Shown: piece after piece, positions 1-13,180 of the stretch
Layout: each line of letters opens with the position of its first letter
Position numbering within the stretch: the stretch's first letter is position 1
DNA from: Malacoraja senta
Lineage: Eukaryota
Direction of reading: 5' to 3'
Length of the DNA stretch: 64,000 nt
Assembly: GCA_038087875.1 (NCBI GenBank)
Contig: CM075982.1
Coordinates: forward strand, 37,882,001 to 37,946,000
The notes under the pieces: generated by a model
Told to the model about the DNA's origin: nothing
What the model saw: only the letters and a program-made list of their open reading frames with translations
The model's database searches: none
Position numbers and translations under genes: made by a program

Positions 1-1447
1 CTGATTAGATCGCACCATCGTCACATTTTCTGTGGATTCCATCAGTTTCTTCTGGCTCTCGATTTTCTTGGACACCCTTCTCCACACCTTGTCTCTCTCC
101 TTCTGGAATTTTTCCAGATAGGCTTCTTCTATCATCTCGGTTACCTTAGTTTGTCTCTTCGGATACCTTGGCTTCTCTCCACCACCTTGTGGCTCCTCTG
201 GCTCGCCTGCTCCTTCTTGCTCCATGGATTAAATAGGTCTTTGGCACCTGCTAGCAGACGAGCGGGAATGTTTTCAATCTGCTTCTGTCTTCTAGCTGAT
301 AAACATTCAACAGTGGTTCAATAACAAACCGGTTGTATCTCATGGGTAGACAAAAATGCTGGAGAAACTCAGTGGGTGAGGCAGTATCTATGGAGCGAAG
401 GAAATAGGCAATGTTTCGGGTCAACCCTTCTCTGTATCCCATGCCTTGCTAATTTCCAAGGTTTCAAATTCTTCTAGCTGGCTCTTAATGTAAACATTCA
501 TTAGTTATCTAGTAATATCTTTTCGAAGTCCATAACATCCAATTAGTTTCCAAGACAATTCAAGATCAATAGCTCGGAGCTATCTCTTATCTTCAACTAT
601 GCCCCAAGACACATTTCAATAGCCGTGCAAAATCTTCACAGGCTTTTCAAAGTTAATTTTTTTCACTTTCAAATACGACAAATCAATCGTTCTTAAAACC
701 AATCTTCTTTACAAGAAGGAATTCCCTACATCAGCCCAAGTTATGGGATGTCAAAGTCACTTTACTATAGCTTTGCAGCTATCTCGATATCTGATTAAAC
801 AGCTTCTGGTGTAGCAGCCTTAAACATGACAAAGGCCATTAAAACTCACGGTTTGTCGATGGATGAAGCCTTTCAGTCTTCAAATGATCAGATAAAACCG
901 CATTGGTCAGCCCTTCTGGCTGCTAGATTATTTATTCTAGCCCTAATCTTTTACAGAGACCCAGCTGTCTTCAATCCCTCTTCTACGGGATCAGTCTTGA
1001 ATCCAGTCTTCAGGCAGTAATCTCTCGCAGAGATCCAGCCCAATCCTCTGTCCCTCTTCTCTGGGACTAATCTTTAATCCACTCGATGATTCAGGTTAAC
1101 TCAATAACCATCCGATTAAAGCGTTTTTTACTTCATATTATGGCCGTAAAGACAATGTTCTTAAGGCCTTGCCCTGATATCCATAAAACCTCGTGGCGAC
1201 TGTGAATGGCTTTAGCTTACACACTCACCGAGCTTCAGTGATAACAAAATGAGTCTTCCAGTCGTGGAATCTTGATTCATTGGCTTTTAATAAAGTAATA
1301 CAAAGCAAAGACATAGTTCTTCACACTCCGATCTCAATTGCTGTTCCATTACGTCATAAACTTGCTTTAAATCTGTAATCCATAGCTCAGCACATGGTTC
1401 AGTGCACGATAAAACTCAGTACCCGTGTGGTAAAAAACTGTAAGACA
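1..1447 (-). mobile_element. Possible 5' end of an LTR retrotransposon (BEL/Pao-like): putative LTR 1201-1447, leader, start of gag-like ORF near 226 running off the window
   Basis: 1201-1447 is bounded by TGT...ACA and has ATTAAA on the minus strand. A minus-strand frame from ~226 reads MEQEGAGEPEEPQGGGEKPRYPKRQTKVTEMIEEAYLEKF, reminiscent of BEL gag N-termini. No canonical TGG PBS was seen. Confidence 0.3.
344..430 (-). repeat. Short Penelope-type repeat (partial)
   Basis: Same family as the copies at 5463, 15062, 22769, 34531 and 48599 (GCTGGAGAAACTCAG...GTTTCGGGTC). Confidence 0.6.
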
Positions 1448-1461
1448 TCTAGCTAAATGGC

Positions 1462-2334
1462 TCCTACACTACCGTTGTTGGATGAATTACGGATAATGAG
1501 TCAAAGTATAGAAGGGAGAGTGACCGTCTGATTTGAATGGTGAATGAATTTGAATGGTGCTGTAACAACCTTGCTCTTAACGTCAGTAAAATTGTGGAAA
1601 TGATTGACTTTAGAAGGGGAAGGCCGAGGATTCACAAACCTGTCTTCATCAACGGGTCGGTGGTGGAGAGAGCCAACAATATCAAGTTTCTGGGCATGTT
1701 TATCTCTGAAGATCTATCCTGGACCCAGCACATTGATGTAATCATAAAGAAAGATTGACAATGCCTCTCATTTCTTAGAAGACTAAGGAGATTCGGCATG
1801 TTCTCATGAACCTCTGCAAGTGTATGGTAGAGAGCATATTGGCTGGTTGCATCACAGCCTGGTTCAGCAACTTAAACACCCAGGAATGAAGGATATTACA
1901 AAAAGTGTTGAATACTGCCTGGTCCATCACGGGTGCTGACCTCCCCACCATTGAAGGAATCTATAGGACGAACTGTCTCAAAAAGGCAGTGAGCATCATC
2001 AAGGACCCACACCACCCTGGCCACACACTCATTTCTCTCCTGCCTTCGGGAAGAAGGTATATGAGTCCGAAAACGGTAACGCCCAAGTTCAGGAAAAGCT
2101 CCTTCACAACAACCATCAGGCTATTGACCACGACAAATTGCAATTAAACTCCCAACTACAAACTGCACTAGGAACTTGGGCTTTGTTTTTTACACTATAT
2201 TTATTGATTTTTGTTTGTTTGTTTTGTTTTATTTATCGAGTAATGTGTTTACAAATCATTTGGTGCTGCTGCAAGTAATAATTTGATTGTTCCGTTTCGT
2301 GCATGGGGACAGTAAAACACTCTTGACTCTTGAG
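1462..2334 (+). mobile_element. Rex1/Babar-type non-LTR retrotransposon, decayed 3' fragment
   Basis: RT C-terminal motifs ([40 protein letters not shown]) with stops; tail ...AAACACTCTTGACTCTTGA. Confidence 0.85.
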
Positions 2335-3487
2335 TAATGTTTGAGTGACTAATTCCTTTCCAATTTCATTGATTAGTACCTGGAATACCCGCAACTTCTC
2401 ATTTGGACTATCATATTATTGTGAAATAAAAGATATATGCATTTGTTTAATATCATGAGCATAAGCCACCCCCTGATTTTTTCCCCCCCACCCCAATCTG
2501 ACTTGCCATTCCGTCCATTTCTGTTGCCGAGTGCTCTTTAAACATATCCCTTTTCATTAGGTTTGAAGCATCATTCTTGGTTCAGTAAAATTGTGCTTGC
2601 TATTGACGGTAAATTCTGGGTTTGGGGCCACACCGGAGATTTAACATGCATAGTGCAAATCCACACTCCAGTGTATTGCCAATAGCATGTTGTACTGTCA
2701 AAGGTTGCATTGGCTGTGTGTAAAACATTTCATGACACTATTAGAAAAATTAGCCTGGTCATACAATGATACTTGAGAGGCAATGTGCTCGGAGTGCTCA
2801 ATAGTCTCCCAACTTTGTAATCCCCTCTTACCTTGATCCACAGTACCAATGTTTTGCTAGTGTTGTCATTGTTGCAGGGACACAGCTCGTGTTTGTCACT
2901 TAAAGAGATCTATGCGCCATTTCCTCTCTGCTTTTTGCTTGCCCAATTTTGTTCTTTATGAAGTTAGTTTGCAAATTTGGCCGGAGCTCTTTCCAGGAAA
3001 CATTAAAGTCTTCAGTTTGCATCAGTGGCAACAGCTACAGTAGTTCTCTAAAGCCTTGAACACGAGTGAGCTTATCCAGATATTTGAAGCTCCTGGGGTC
3101 TGACCCATCACCAGGTACCACATATTTCTGGCTTCTGCTTTCTTCCACATCCTCCAGATGATTTGTTGTTGTTGTCTTCTCTTCAAAACTAAAATTGAAC
3201 TTGTATGTTTGTAGGATGTCTGCAATTTACATGTTAATCACTTTGCTTCTCTCTGTATGAACTGCTGTGTATTACCCAAGCATTGAGCTGGACAAAGCAA
3301 TTGGAAGATCCTTTAATGCTGTCCCCTAAAAATAATCTTGTAGAATTGAACAGGATATGGGTCATATTTGCACGAGGTGAACTGGGTATTGTTGAGCAGT
3401 CACTGCCCTGAAGGGGGAGTATAACAAAATAGTTGAAACAGTGCAAGGCCATCCTCTAATCAGATCTTTTCCTTTTTTCCCCCACAG

Positions 3488-3591
3488 TGATGCTGCAACC
3501 TTTTGACTATGACCCGAATGAGAAAAGCAAGCACAAATTTATGGTCCAATCCATATTTGCTCCGGCAGACTGCCAAGACATGGAAGCAGTA
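3488..3591 (+). CDS. VAPB: VAPB coding exon (MSP domain; equivalent of mammalian exon 3)
   Basis: cccacag|TG ATG CTG CAA... reads (V)[34 protein letters not shown]|gtatgt; 104 bp. Confidence 0.96.
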
Positions 3592-4735
3592 GTATGTACC
3601 CATCTTTAGTTCCTCTCAATTTTATGCCAGTGTTGCGTGACAATTTCAGTACAAAGGTTCAGCAAGTCTGAGGACCTTTTAGAAGAGAAAACCTTTTGGA
3701 TGAGAAAATTCTACATTTCTAGTACCTTGTAATAAATACTTACTGATTACATTTCTGAATGTCGAAGCACTAAATCATGTTCTCATTTGACACTCCTTCT
3801 CACCAGAAGCAATTATTTCTCTTTATCTATCTTAACAGTTTAATCATACTGAATTCCCCCACTGAAATCACCCTTCTCCCAAGTGTCCCCGACACTTTCT
3901 CTTGAATCTTCCCTGTCTCCTCAGGCACATTCATCCATCTCGCCTCTCTGCATCTGCCCTAGTTCTTGTTCCCATCCAGTCCCTTCCTCTTTACTCTCTC
4001 CATCCTTAACTATGGTGCCTATCCCTTGTGGAAAATGTAAGTGCCCTTGCTCCAAATGGAAGTTTCAGTTTAGTTTTCCCATGTGAAAGCACAATTCCGC
4101 ATTCAGCTGTTCCACATTGTTGTGAATAGTACTTCATCGCAGCATTGGACAGCTTAAAACTTGGTAAAGTCCCCCATGCGGAAAGGATTTACAATGGAAA
4201 GCAAGTGATCAGAGTCGGCTGAGATGCACAGCCCTTCCACATATATAGAACTTCACCCAATCAGGGGGACAACTCCAATTGCAAAGCAGCAGGGTCATTG
4301 TTACCTCAGGCAAATGTCACTGACCAAAAGTAACCACGTTAGAAATTAATGGTTTCTACATGTAACTTTTTTCAGATTGTATATGGAGTTTATATATGAA
4401 TATCAATCAGTGTATTTGGAACAGCTTATATAAAGTATTACAATCCCTGTTGCTATCCTTGAGCTGGCTGCTCTTTGTATTTGGGAATTTTCAGCTTGCA
4501 GCAGAACTGTCAGTTAGCTGCTTTAGCTGAAAGTGATGCCCTGAGTGTGCCCTAAACCCGAGCCTAGGATCCCAGTGAGCACCACGTTGAACCATGCAAA
4601 GTCCTTAAGCCCTTTTACTGAATCGGAAGTATGTAAGAAACAGATTAGCAGCAACAGCTCTCCAATATGCCTCAGTCAATAAGGTATTGAGAATGTGATG
4701 AAATAGCTTAATGTGTTTTCTCTCATTCTTTACAG

Positions 4736-4816
4736 TGGAAAGAAGCAAAGGCAGATGAATTAATGGATTCTAAGCTGCGATGCGTCTTTGAGCTTCCCTC
4801 TGAGAATGAGAAAACA
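4736..4816 (+). CDS. VAPB: VAPB coding exon (exon 4 equivalent)
   Basis: ttacag|[27 protein letters not shown]|gtaagt; 81 bp, phase 0. Confidence 0.96.
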
Positions 4817-7138
4817 GTAAGTTTGAATAGGCTTTGTCTGGCTGAGTGATGGGGCAGAGGGTTCCAGTCTTGATCTTCCTATTGAGGGGATCAAACAAAT
4901 CAGTGTCTCCTACTAATCCCATAATTGATCTGACCCTGGCATTGTTGTACCGCACCAGAAGTGGTGGGGTTTGGTGCAACGTTGGCCTCCCTCCAGGCTC
5001 TCAGAGAGATGTGGCTAAACCAACCTTGAACAGCTAGTTGCAACTTAAGGATTTCAGTATTCACATGCCTGTAATGCGGTAGTTGCTGGCAACAGTGTAA
5101 TGTTCATGTGGTTCAGTGAGTTTCCCCTACCAGGCCTGGACTTGGTATCTGCGGTGCTGCTTTCGAAGGTGAATGTCAGCAGCTAAAAGTGGGGCAATAC
5201 AGGCCAGAGAAAAGCTATGGGACCTGCGTGTCAGTGATGCCTGTACATTATGGTGAAGAAAATTCTTCTGAGTGGATGTATTGGTTATATTTTAATCTTG
5301 GAAAATTATATATTTTTTAAGTTCTAAGATTAGGACGTAGATACAATCTTCATCATGCCCATTAAATGCAAAACATTGGAAGCCTCAAGCTTCTGCTAAT
5401 ACTGTGGAAAAGAACCAAACTTAAAAAAATTTGATAGTGCTATCCCATATGTTGCCCTAAGCTTGAAGAAGGGTCTCGACCTAAAACGTCACCTATTTCT
5501 TTTCTCCATAGATGCTGTCTGACCCGCTGAGTTACTGCAGCTTTTTGTGTCTATCTTAAACTTAACTGTTGTTGCACAAACTGCTTGCTGGCTCAGTTAG
5601 ATTATTCCAATCCACAATGTCTCTCTTTTCTGTACCTAGTCATCAAGCAGAGGAGGAGCTCCTCACGTTTGAGGAGCTCCTTTCAAGTGTAGCATGTTGT
5701 CAAACTTCCTGAACCCAACTTAGGAGGCCATTCGGCCCATAAAGGTTGTGCCAGCACCACGGGGAGCAGTTCCATTTACATTATTCCCCTGTTTATTTCC
5801 TGTAATTTATTCTCTCATACCCAGCAACTCCCCTTTGGTTCTCTTTGCCAATGAGGTACACCAAGAGGTCATTTATGATGGCTAATTAATCCACAAGCAC
5901 AACTTTGGGACGATGGAACATGAAATCTCCGTGCAGAACAGCAGGAGTCAGAATGGGGCCCTGGAGTTGTGAGGTGGCTCCACTAACGGTTGCACCACCA
6001 TGCTATGCACAAAATAGGAAACCCAATAAGAGACTATTATTTGAATAGGTACCTGGTCACGCTGCAGGAATGTACACATTTATGGACATGTCCTCCCATG
6101 TACTGAAGGGCAGGTGACTGGCACACCCAGTTCCATTCAGCATCTTGAGAATGGAAAGTGTGCAAGAAGCAAAGAGGTACAATGATGTAGCAGATAGTGC
6201 TACTGCCTCGTGGCTCCAGCAACCCAGGTTTAGTCCTGACCTCTGGTGCTGTCCATATGGAGTTTACATGTTGTCTTTGTGACAGGGTGGGTTTCCCCCG
6301 TCTACTCCGTGATCCCATATTCCAAAGATGTGCTAGTAGATTAATTAGCTACTGCAAATTATACCTAATGTAAAGGAGGTGGTAGAATCAGGGTAGGATT
6401 GACAAGCATTAAGAGTAGAGGGAAATAAAACTAATGGGGTTATGAATTATCTTTGAGTGCTCGGAGATTTGATGTGCTGAATGGCCTCCCTCTGTGTGGT
6501 TTAATAAAAGAGGTGATTATTGTCAAAGACAACAGGACCCAGGTGAAAACCAATTTTTGAAGAATGTATCAGCACAGTGGTAGCAGGTCTCTTTAAACAA
6601 CTGAAAAGGAAACAATGTGCCCTCAACCTGCACCGTGAGAAAAACATCCACGTAACTACACGCAAGTCGTCAGAACTGTGTGGAGGAAGTTGATGTGGAA
6701 TTTTAAAAGATCTGAGGTGCTGCTCTCTTGAATGTTTAACTCTGCACCATTTTCTCTTAATCTTCCAGTGGCGTCCACTACGCGCAAAGAGAAATGTAAG
6801 GAAATTGATGTAAACTTACACGGTTGTAAGATTAACATTAAGACTAATGTTAGGATCATTTGTTCCTAACAAGCTCTGAGCAGCGATGTCATGATATGCA
6901 TTGCACATGTGCTGTGGTGTTGCCGTGTAACACTTAGTGATATCAATTCCAGTACAGCTGGAAGTAACACTGTATAGCTCAATACCACTATTCCAATTCT
7001 TTGCATCCACTGCAGAAGCTGATATGGTATAATTTCTATGCACCGACATTCTTATCCTGGAATTTTAGCCTTGGGGAGGGGGCGGGGGGGGGGGGGGAGA
7101 GATATATATATAATATATAGATAGATATATTGATATAT

Positions 7139-8640
7139 TGTTTGGGACAAAGACCCATCATTTATTTATTTGCCTCTGTACTCCACAATTTGAGATTTGT
7201 AATTTAAAAAATCATGTGGTTAAAATGCACATTGTCAGATTTTATTGAAGGCCATTTTTATACATTTTGGTTTCACCATGTAGAAATTACAGCTGTGTTT
7301 ATACATAGTCCGCCCATTTCAAGGCACCATAATGTTTGGGACACATGGCTTCACAGGTGTTGCTCAGGTGTGTTTTAATGCCTCCTTAATGCAGGTATCA
7401 GAGAGCTCTCAGCACCTAGTCTTTCCTCCAGTCTTTCCGTTATCTTTGGAAGCTTTTATTACTGTCTATCAACGTGAGGACCAAAGTTGTGCCAATGAAA
7501 GTCAAATAAGCCATTATGAGACTGAGAAACAAGAATAAAACTGTTAGAGACATCTGCCAAACCTTAGACTTAGCAAAATCAAATGTTTGGAACATCATTA
7601 AGAAGAAAGAGAGCACTGGTGAGCTTACTCATCGCAAAGGAAGACCTCCACAGCTGATGACAGAAGAATTCTCTATAATAAAGAAAGAAAACAAAACACC
7701 TGTCCGACAGATCAGAAACACTCTTCAGGTGTGGATTTGTAAATGACCACTGTCCGCAGAAGACTTCATGAACAGAAATACAGAGGCTACACTGCAAGAT
7801 GCAAACCACTGGTTAATGGCAAAAATAGGATGGCCAGGTTACAGTTTGCCAAGAAGTACTTAAAAGAGCAACCACAGTTCTGGCAAAACATCTGGTGGAC
7901 AGATGAGACGAAGATTAACCTATATCAGAGTGATAGCAAGAGCAAAGTATGGAGGAGAGAAGGAACTGCCCAAGATCGAAAGCATACCACCTCATATGTG
8001 AAACACAGTGGTGGGGGTGTTATGGCCTGGGCATGTATGGCTGCTGTAGGTACTGGCTCACTTATCTTCATTGATGATACAACTGCTGATGGTAATAGCA
8101 TAGTGAATTCTGAGATGTAGAGACACATTCTATCTGCTCAAGTTCAAACAAATGCCTCAAAACTCATAGGCTGGCGGTTAATTCTACAGCAAGACAATGA
8201 TCCCAAACGTATGCTGAAAAGAAAACTGAAGGGGACCAGCCCACAAAACAAGCATAAGCTAAAGATGGCTGCAATACAGGCCTGGCAGAGCATCACCAGA
8301 GAAGACACCCAGCAAATGGTGATGTCCATGAATTGCAGACTTCAAGCAGTCATTGCATGCAAAGGATATGCAACAAAATACTAAACATGACTACTTTCAT
8401 TTACATGACATTGCTGTGTCCCAAACATTATGGTGCCCTGAAATGGGGGGGACTATGTATAAACACTGCTGTAATGTCTACATGGTGAAACCACAATGTA
8501 TAAAAATGGCCTTTTAAAAAAATCTGACAATCTGCTCTTTAACCATATGTGATTTTTTCTATCACAAATCTCAAATTGTGGAGTATAGAGGCAAATAAAT
8601 AAATGACGGGTCTTTGTCCCAAACATTATGGAGGGCACTA
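7139..8640 (+). mobile_element. Tc1-family DNA transposon (IR/DR type), defective
   Basis: ~200-bp inverted ends (TTTGGGACAAAGACCC at the left; GGGTCTTTGTCCCAAACATTATGGAGGGCACT at the right) with inner repeats (CATAATGTTTGGGACA). Frameshifted transposase has an HTH region, WTDETKIN, HSGGGVMAW and QQDNDPK motifs. Left outer tip is missing. Confidence 0.92.
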
Positions 8641-9145
8641 TGGTCATTGAGATGGGGAATCGCCATCTGTTTCTCCTTTAGCTGTAACCTTAGGCAAACA
8701 TGGCTATTTTGACTCTTCTATGGGGATCTGTTGGTAAATGCTTTTTACAGGAGCAGGAACTAAGAGTATTTTAAACAGAAGTTTTATTTTTAACAAAAGG
8801 CCATGTTTAAATTTGGTTACCTTTTTGTCATGTTTCTCTCTTCCTATGGCCTGGCCTCCAGGGGAAATCAGCAGTTCATTGCAGAACATCACAGGCACAC
8901 ACCACAACTCTACAGCTTTGCCTAGCATAGCATTAAATTGGTTAGACTTGCAGGTAACAGTCACCACAGAATAAAGGGGAACATATGGCCGCAGTTTCGC
9001 TCTGTAACAGCAGGATAACTTTTCCAGAATCATGGCTGCATCTAAATTATATACAAAATAAATCAGTCTCATTTAACTGAAACCATGGGATTACCTAGCT
9101 TTACTGCCAGTGGAACAGTCCAATCACCTGCACTCCAGACAAAAT

Positions 9146-9990
9146 AAGAGTCATACGGCATGGAAACAGCCTTCAGCCCAACTCATCCCTGCTGATCAAG
9201 ATGCCCCATCTGAGTGGATCCCATTTGTTTGCATTTGGCTTGTATCCCTCTAACCCTTTCCTATTCATGTACCTGTCTAAATGTCCTTTAATTGGTGTTG
9301 TAATACCTGCCTCCTGGCAGCTATTTCATATACCCACCACCTTCTGAGTTAAAATGTTGCTGCTAGGGTTCCTATTAAATCTTTCCCCTGTCACCTTAAA
9401 CCTATGTCTTCTGGTTCTTGATTCCCCTACTCTGGGTAAAAGACGGCACATTCGCCCTACATCTTCCTCTCATGATTTTGTACATCTCTGTACGATTACC
9501 CCATAGTCTCCTGTGCTCCTGTGCTCTGCGATTCATGGACATCACCATTTGCTGGGTGTCTTCTCTGGTGATGCTCCTGTGCTCTAAGGAATAACGTCCT
9601 AGCCTGCCCAGTGTATCCCTAGAGTCATGGTGGCATCCTTGTCAATCTTCTCTGCACTTTTTGTCCAGTTTAATGACATCCTATAGCAGGATGACACAAT
9701 ACTCCAAATGCAGCCTCACCAATCTCTTGAACAACAGTAACATAATATCCCTATACTTAATATCCTGACTGACGAAGGCCAATGTACCAAAAGCCTACTT
9801 TACCATCTACCAGTGACGCCACTTTCAAGGAACTACATCCTTGCATTTTAGATGCCTCTGCTCTTCAACACTCCCCAGGGTCCAACCATTCACTGTGAAG
9901 GTCCTGGTGTAGCTTGACTTCCCACGATGTAAAGCATTGCACTTATCTGCATTAAACACCATTAGCCATTCCTCACCCACTAGCCCAGTT
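9146..9990 (-). mobile_element. Decayed CR1-type LINE 3' fragment
   Basis: Reverse complement resembles the CR1 RT C-terminus and 3' UTR seen at 18466-19570. Confidence 0.65.
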
Positions 9991-11419
9991 GCTATTACTT
10001 GTCACTATAATAACTTGTAACTATACTTAGAACTGTGAACTCTCTCCTTGTAGTTGATCTTGGTGGTGTTAGGAATCTTATCTGTATCACACTTGTAAAT
10101 GACCTTTTCCATATATAGTCGGCGATCTCGAGTGGGTTACTTAAAGGAGCAAAAAAAGGTCCTTTTCCACTTTTGTATCAAATCAGGGGAATTCAGAATT
10201 TTGGATATTCCTATAAGCTTCATTAACATGTTTTAAGTATGCTCATCGTTTGACCTAATGCAAAACCCTTCATTGATTAGGGAAATATGTGATTTTGAAC
10301 ATTAATCTTTGGCACATTGGGTTTTTCTTGCAACATCAAGTGTAGTTCAGTCAACTCCATCATAGCATCTCTACCAATGTACCAATGACTTAATGTTCTA
10401 ATGCATGTGAGCAAGGACTGCGTTCAAGGACAATCTCAGACCATCTTGTGCACTAAATGAGTGGATGTGTATACTCCCATGTGTGTGAAGACTCACTAAA
10501 TTGAAATGTAACTAATTTATTGTGGTAACCAAAGGCATGCAACTGACCTGAAAACTAAACAAGAAGGCTGACTGCTCTAAACCAAAAGTCCAGTAATTGC
10601 TCCTAACCAGGACTACTGCAAGACGCTCAGCCGAGTGTTCATTACCTCCACTTTCCAGTATTTTCCCACACCTCTGGTTCTTCTATAAGATATCAAGACC
10701 CTGTCGGTGACTGTTAACCCACCTTGCTCAGGACTCCAATCAAAATGTTAGCCTATCATTTCCTTTTCAGATGCTGATGGTTCTTGCTTGCCATTTCCAA
10801 CATTTTAAACATTTTTTTCAGTGCCAACAATTGCAGAAGGGTAGTGACAAGATATGGGAAGCATCCCACAAGATCCGTCAACCTTCCAAGGAAATTAATT
10901 TACTTGCAGTCTCGTTTAATGTGACCTTAAATGTCATTTGTGTTGGACTATTACAGTGCCACCATTGCCCTGATGTCCCAGTGAATAGATGTATCAATGT
11001 GTCCAGTCTGAATGTTTCAGAACACACTTCATTTTTACAGCCTGGGTTGAACTTCAGCCTCAATAAAGCAAACCTTCCTATTCAGTCAGCAACCCTTAAT
11101 GGGCTCCCTTTTCCCCGAATCTCCGGGGAGCCTGGTCTGGGAAGTGACAGTGCTGTGATAGCCTCTGGATTAGTACAATAAGCTTTTGAATTCCATTGTC
11201 GTAGGATGGTCTGATGACGCTTAGTTTGGGAGGACTGAAAGTAAAGAAATATATCCTTTAGTTCTGTGGAAGAAAGCCCTGTTATCAAAAAGTATCTTTC
11301 ACATTCTGGATATACAAAGTGTGTGAATTATCACTAGGTCCTAACCCATTAATGTGCATAGGAAAGATCCCACAGAAGCAAACGATTTAATTGTCTAAAA
11401 GAGTAAATCAGGAGTGCTC

Positions 11420-11835
11420 ACAATACAATACAATACAATACAATACCATTTATTGTCATTTGAACCTCAAATGAGGTTCAAACGAAATTTGGTTTCTGCA
11501 GTCATACAAACAAGTAAAAAGAACCAAGACACAACACAATTTACACAAACATCCATCACAGCGAATCTCCTCGCTGTGATGGAAGGCAAAGTCTTATCTC
11601 TCCCCTGCACTCCCCATTCTCCTCCCGATGTCAGAGCCCCCGGCGGGCGATGGAAAATAAGTCCCGCGGCCATTAAAGCCGCGCCGGGCGATGCAAGGCC
11701 GCGCTCCGGGTCTTGATGTTGGAGCCCCCGGTAGCGCTAGCAAGTCCCGCGGCCATTAAAGCCGCGCCGGGCGATGTTAGACCCAGCTCCAGGTCATCTT
11801 CAACCCCGCAACTCGGGCGGGAGAAGTTGCCGTTG
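11420..11835 (-). mobile_element. GC-rich non-autonomous retroelement (truncated), family shared with 29405-30273 and 62161-63757
   Basis: (CAATA)n tail followed by TTTATTGTCATTT; shared GCCATTAAAGCCGCGCCGGGCG and CAACCCCGCAACTCGGGCGGGAGAAG. Confidence 0.7.
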
Positions 11836-12063
11836 AGGTCTATTGTAATGAGGTCTATTGTATCCATCAGGAAGATGAGGACCAATGCTTAACTCCTACA
11901 ATACTGTCATTTGGAGGTGAGAATGCTACCACTGAGTTCAATTTCCATCTCCCGTAACACTAACTTGTAACAGAACTGATGCTTGGAATATAATTTCTAT
12001 TCCAACACTTTTAGACTGGCTTAAAGTAGAAAACCTTTTTATAACTTTAATCACTTTCTGCAG

Positions 12064-12237
12064 CATGAGCTGGAGATAAATAAAGTCACTTCCACTTCGC
12101 TGAAAACAGAAGCTTCCATGATGTCAAAATCAACTAGTTCTTCCTTGGATGATTCAGACATGAGGAAAGTAATGGATGATTGCAGGATACTTAAGTCAGA
12201 GGTTCAGAGACTTCGTGAGGAGAACAGACAGTTAAAG
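12064..12237 (+). CDS. VAPB: VAPB coding exon (coiled coil; exon 5 equivalent)
   Basis: tttctgcag|[58 protein letters not shown]|gtaagg; 174 bp. HxxEINK and SSSLDD match VAPB rather than VAPA. Confidence 0.95.
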
Positions 12238-13021
12238 GTAAGGATGATCATCATGCTCCCTGATTTATACCCAGCTTGGTGTGTCCCAAGACACATAACA
12301 GCTAGTAAAGTCATTTTGAAGTAGACACTTGCAAACTGACAACGAGTGAGGGCTAGGACCTAGCAGCATCAGTGTGATAATTGGTAGTGTGTTTCGTGAG
12401 AAGGTGAGAGGGAGAATGTATTCCAGGACACAAGAAGAAGCAGATTTGATGAGGCTTGTTGCCAGAAAAAATTCCAACGTAAATCTCAGCCAAGTGGTCA
12501 TTTTGAGCATGCGGTAACTTGCGGTTGACATGGTGACAGCTCGATGCTGTGGCAGGCTCTCCTGAAAGCATGGTGGGAAAGGCCCATTTGGTTAACCCTG
12601 CATTTGGGCAAGCAAGCCTTCTGAATCTGAATCGAAGGGCTATATCTCAGCGATTTGAGTACTGAGAAGTGGTGGGAGGAAGCAACGGCTTGCTGCTGGG
12701 GTTTAAACACTGACTAATCATTGGAACCCATGTCCGCATCCATCACAGACATTGTTTGTTGAGAATAACGATACTTTGTATCTAAACCATCCTGTCCTCG
12801 TTTTGGAAGAGTTTGTTGTTATGGTGCATGTAGTTGAAGAAATATTCTGATTCTGACCCATACTGTGTCTGTCCGCGGAGTGTTTGGTGGGGCATTGTGG
12901 AGGGGGCTTTGGCTGAAGGAAGCTTTACTTGTATCCTATCTGGGGATGTTTGAAATGGGAAGTATGATCTTCCGCAGAGGACACAAGTGGCTCATCTCTT
13001 GCACGTGTTCTTGTATTGCAG

Positions 13022-13180
13022 GAGGATGACGGACTGAGAATGAGGAGGATGCCTCAGATGGGTAACCCTACACCATCCAGCAACGCCATGATGAAAGAAG
13101 AAGGACCAGCCGCTCGAATGATTGCCATGGTTGTCCTGTTCTTTATCCTGGGGACAATTATAGGGAAACTGGTGTTGTAG
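13022..13180 (+). CDS. VAPB: VAPB terminal coding exon (transmembrane anchor)
   Basis: ttgcag|EDDGLRMRRMPQMGNPTPSSNAMMKEEGPAARMIAMVVLFFILGTIIGKLVL* ; GxxxG motif in the TM helix. Confidence 0.95.
   Translation, partial: EDDGLRMRRMPQMGNPTPSSNAMMKEEGPAARMIAMVVLFFILGTIIGKLVL

Noticed and set aside
10771-11181. 136-aa ORF starting right after TTTTCAG in the VAPB intron
   Set aside because: The apparent acceptor is part of a decayed Penelope-type repeat; the peptide has no recognisable homology
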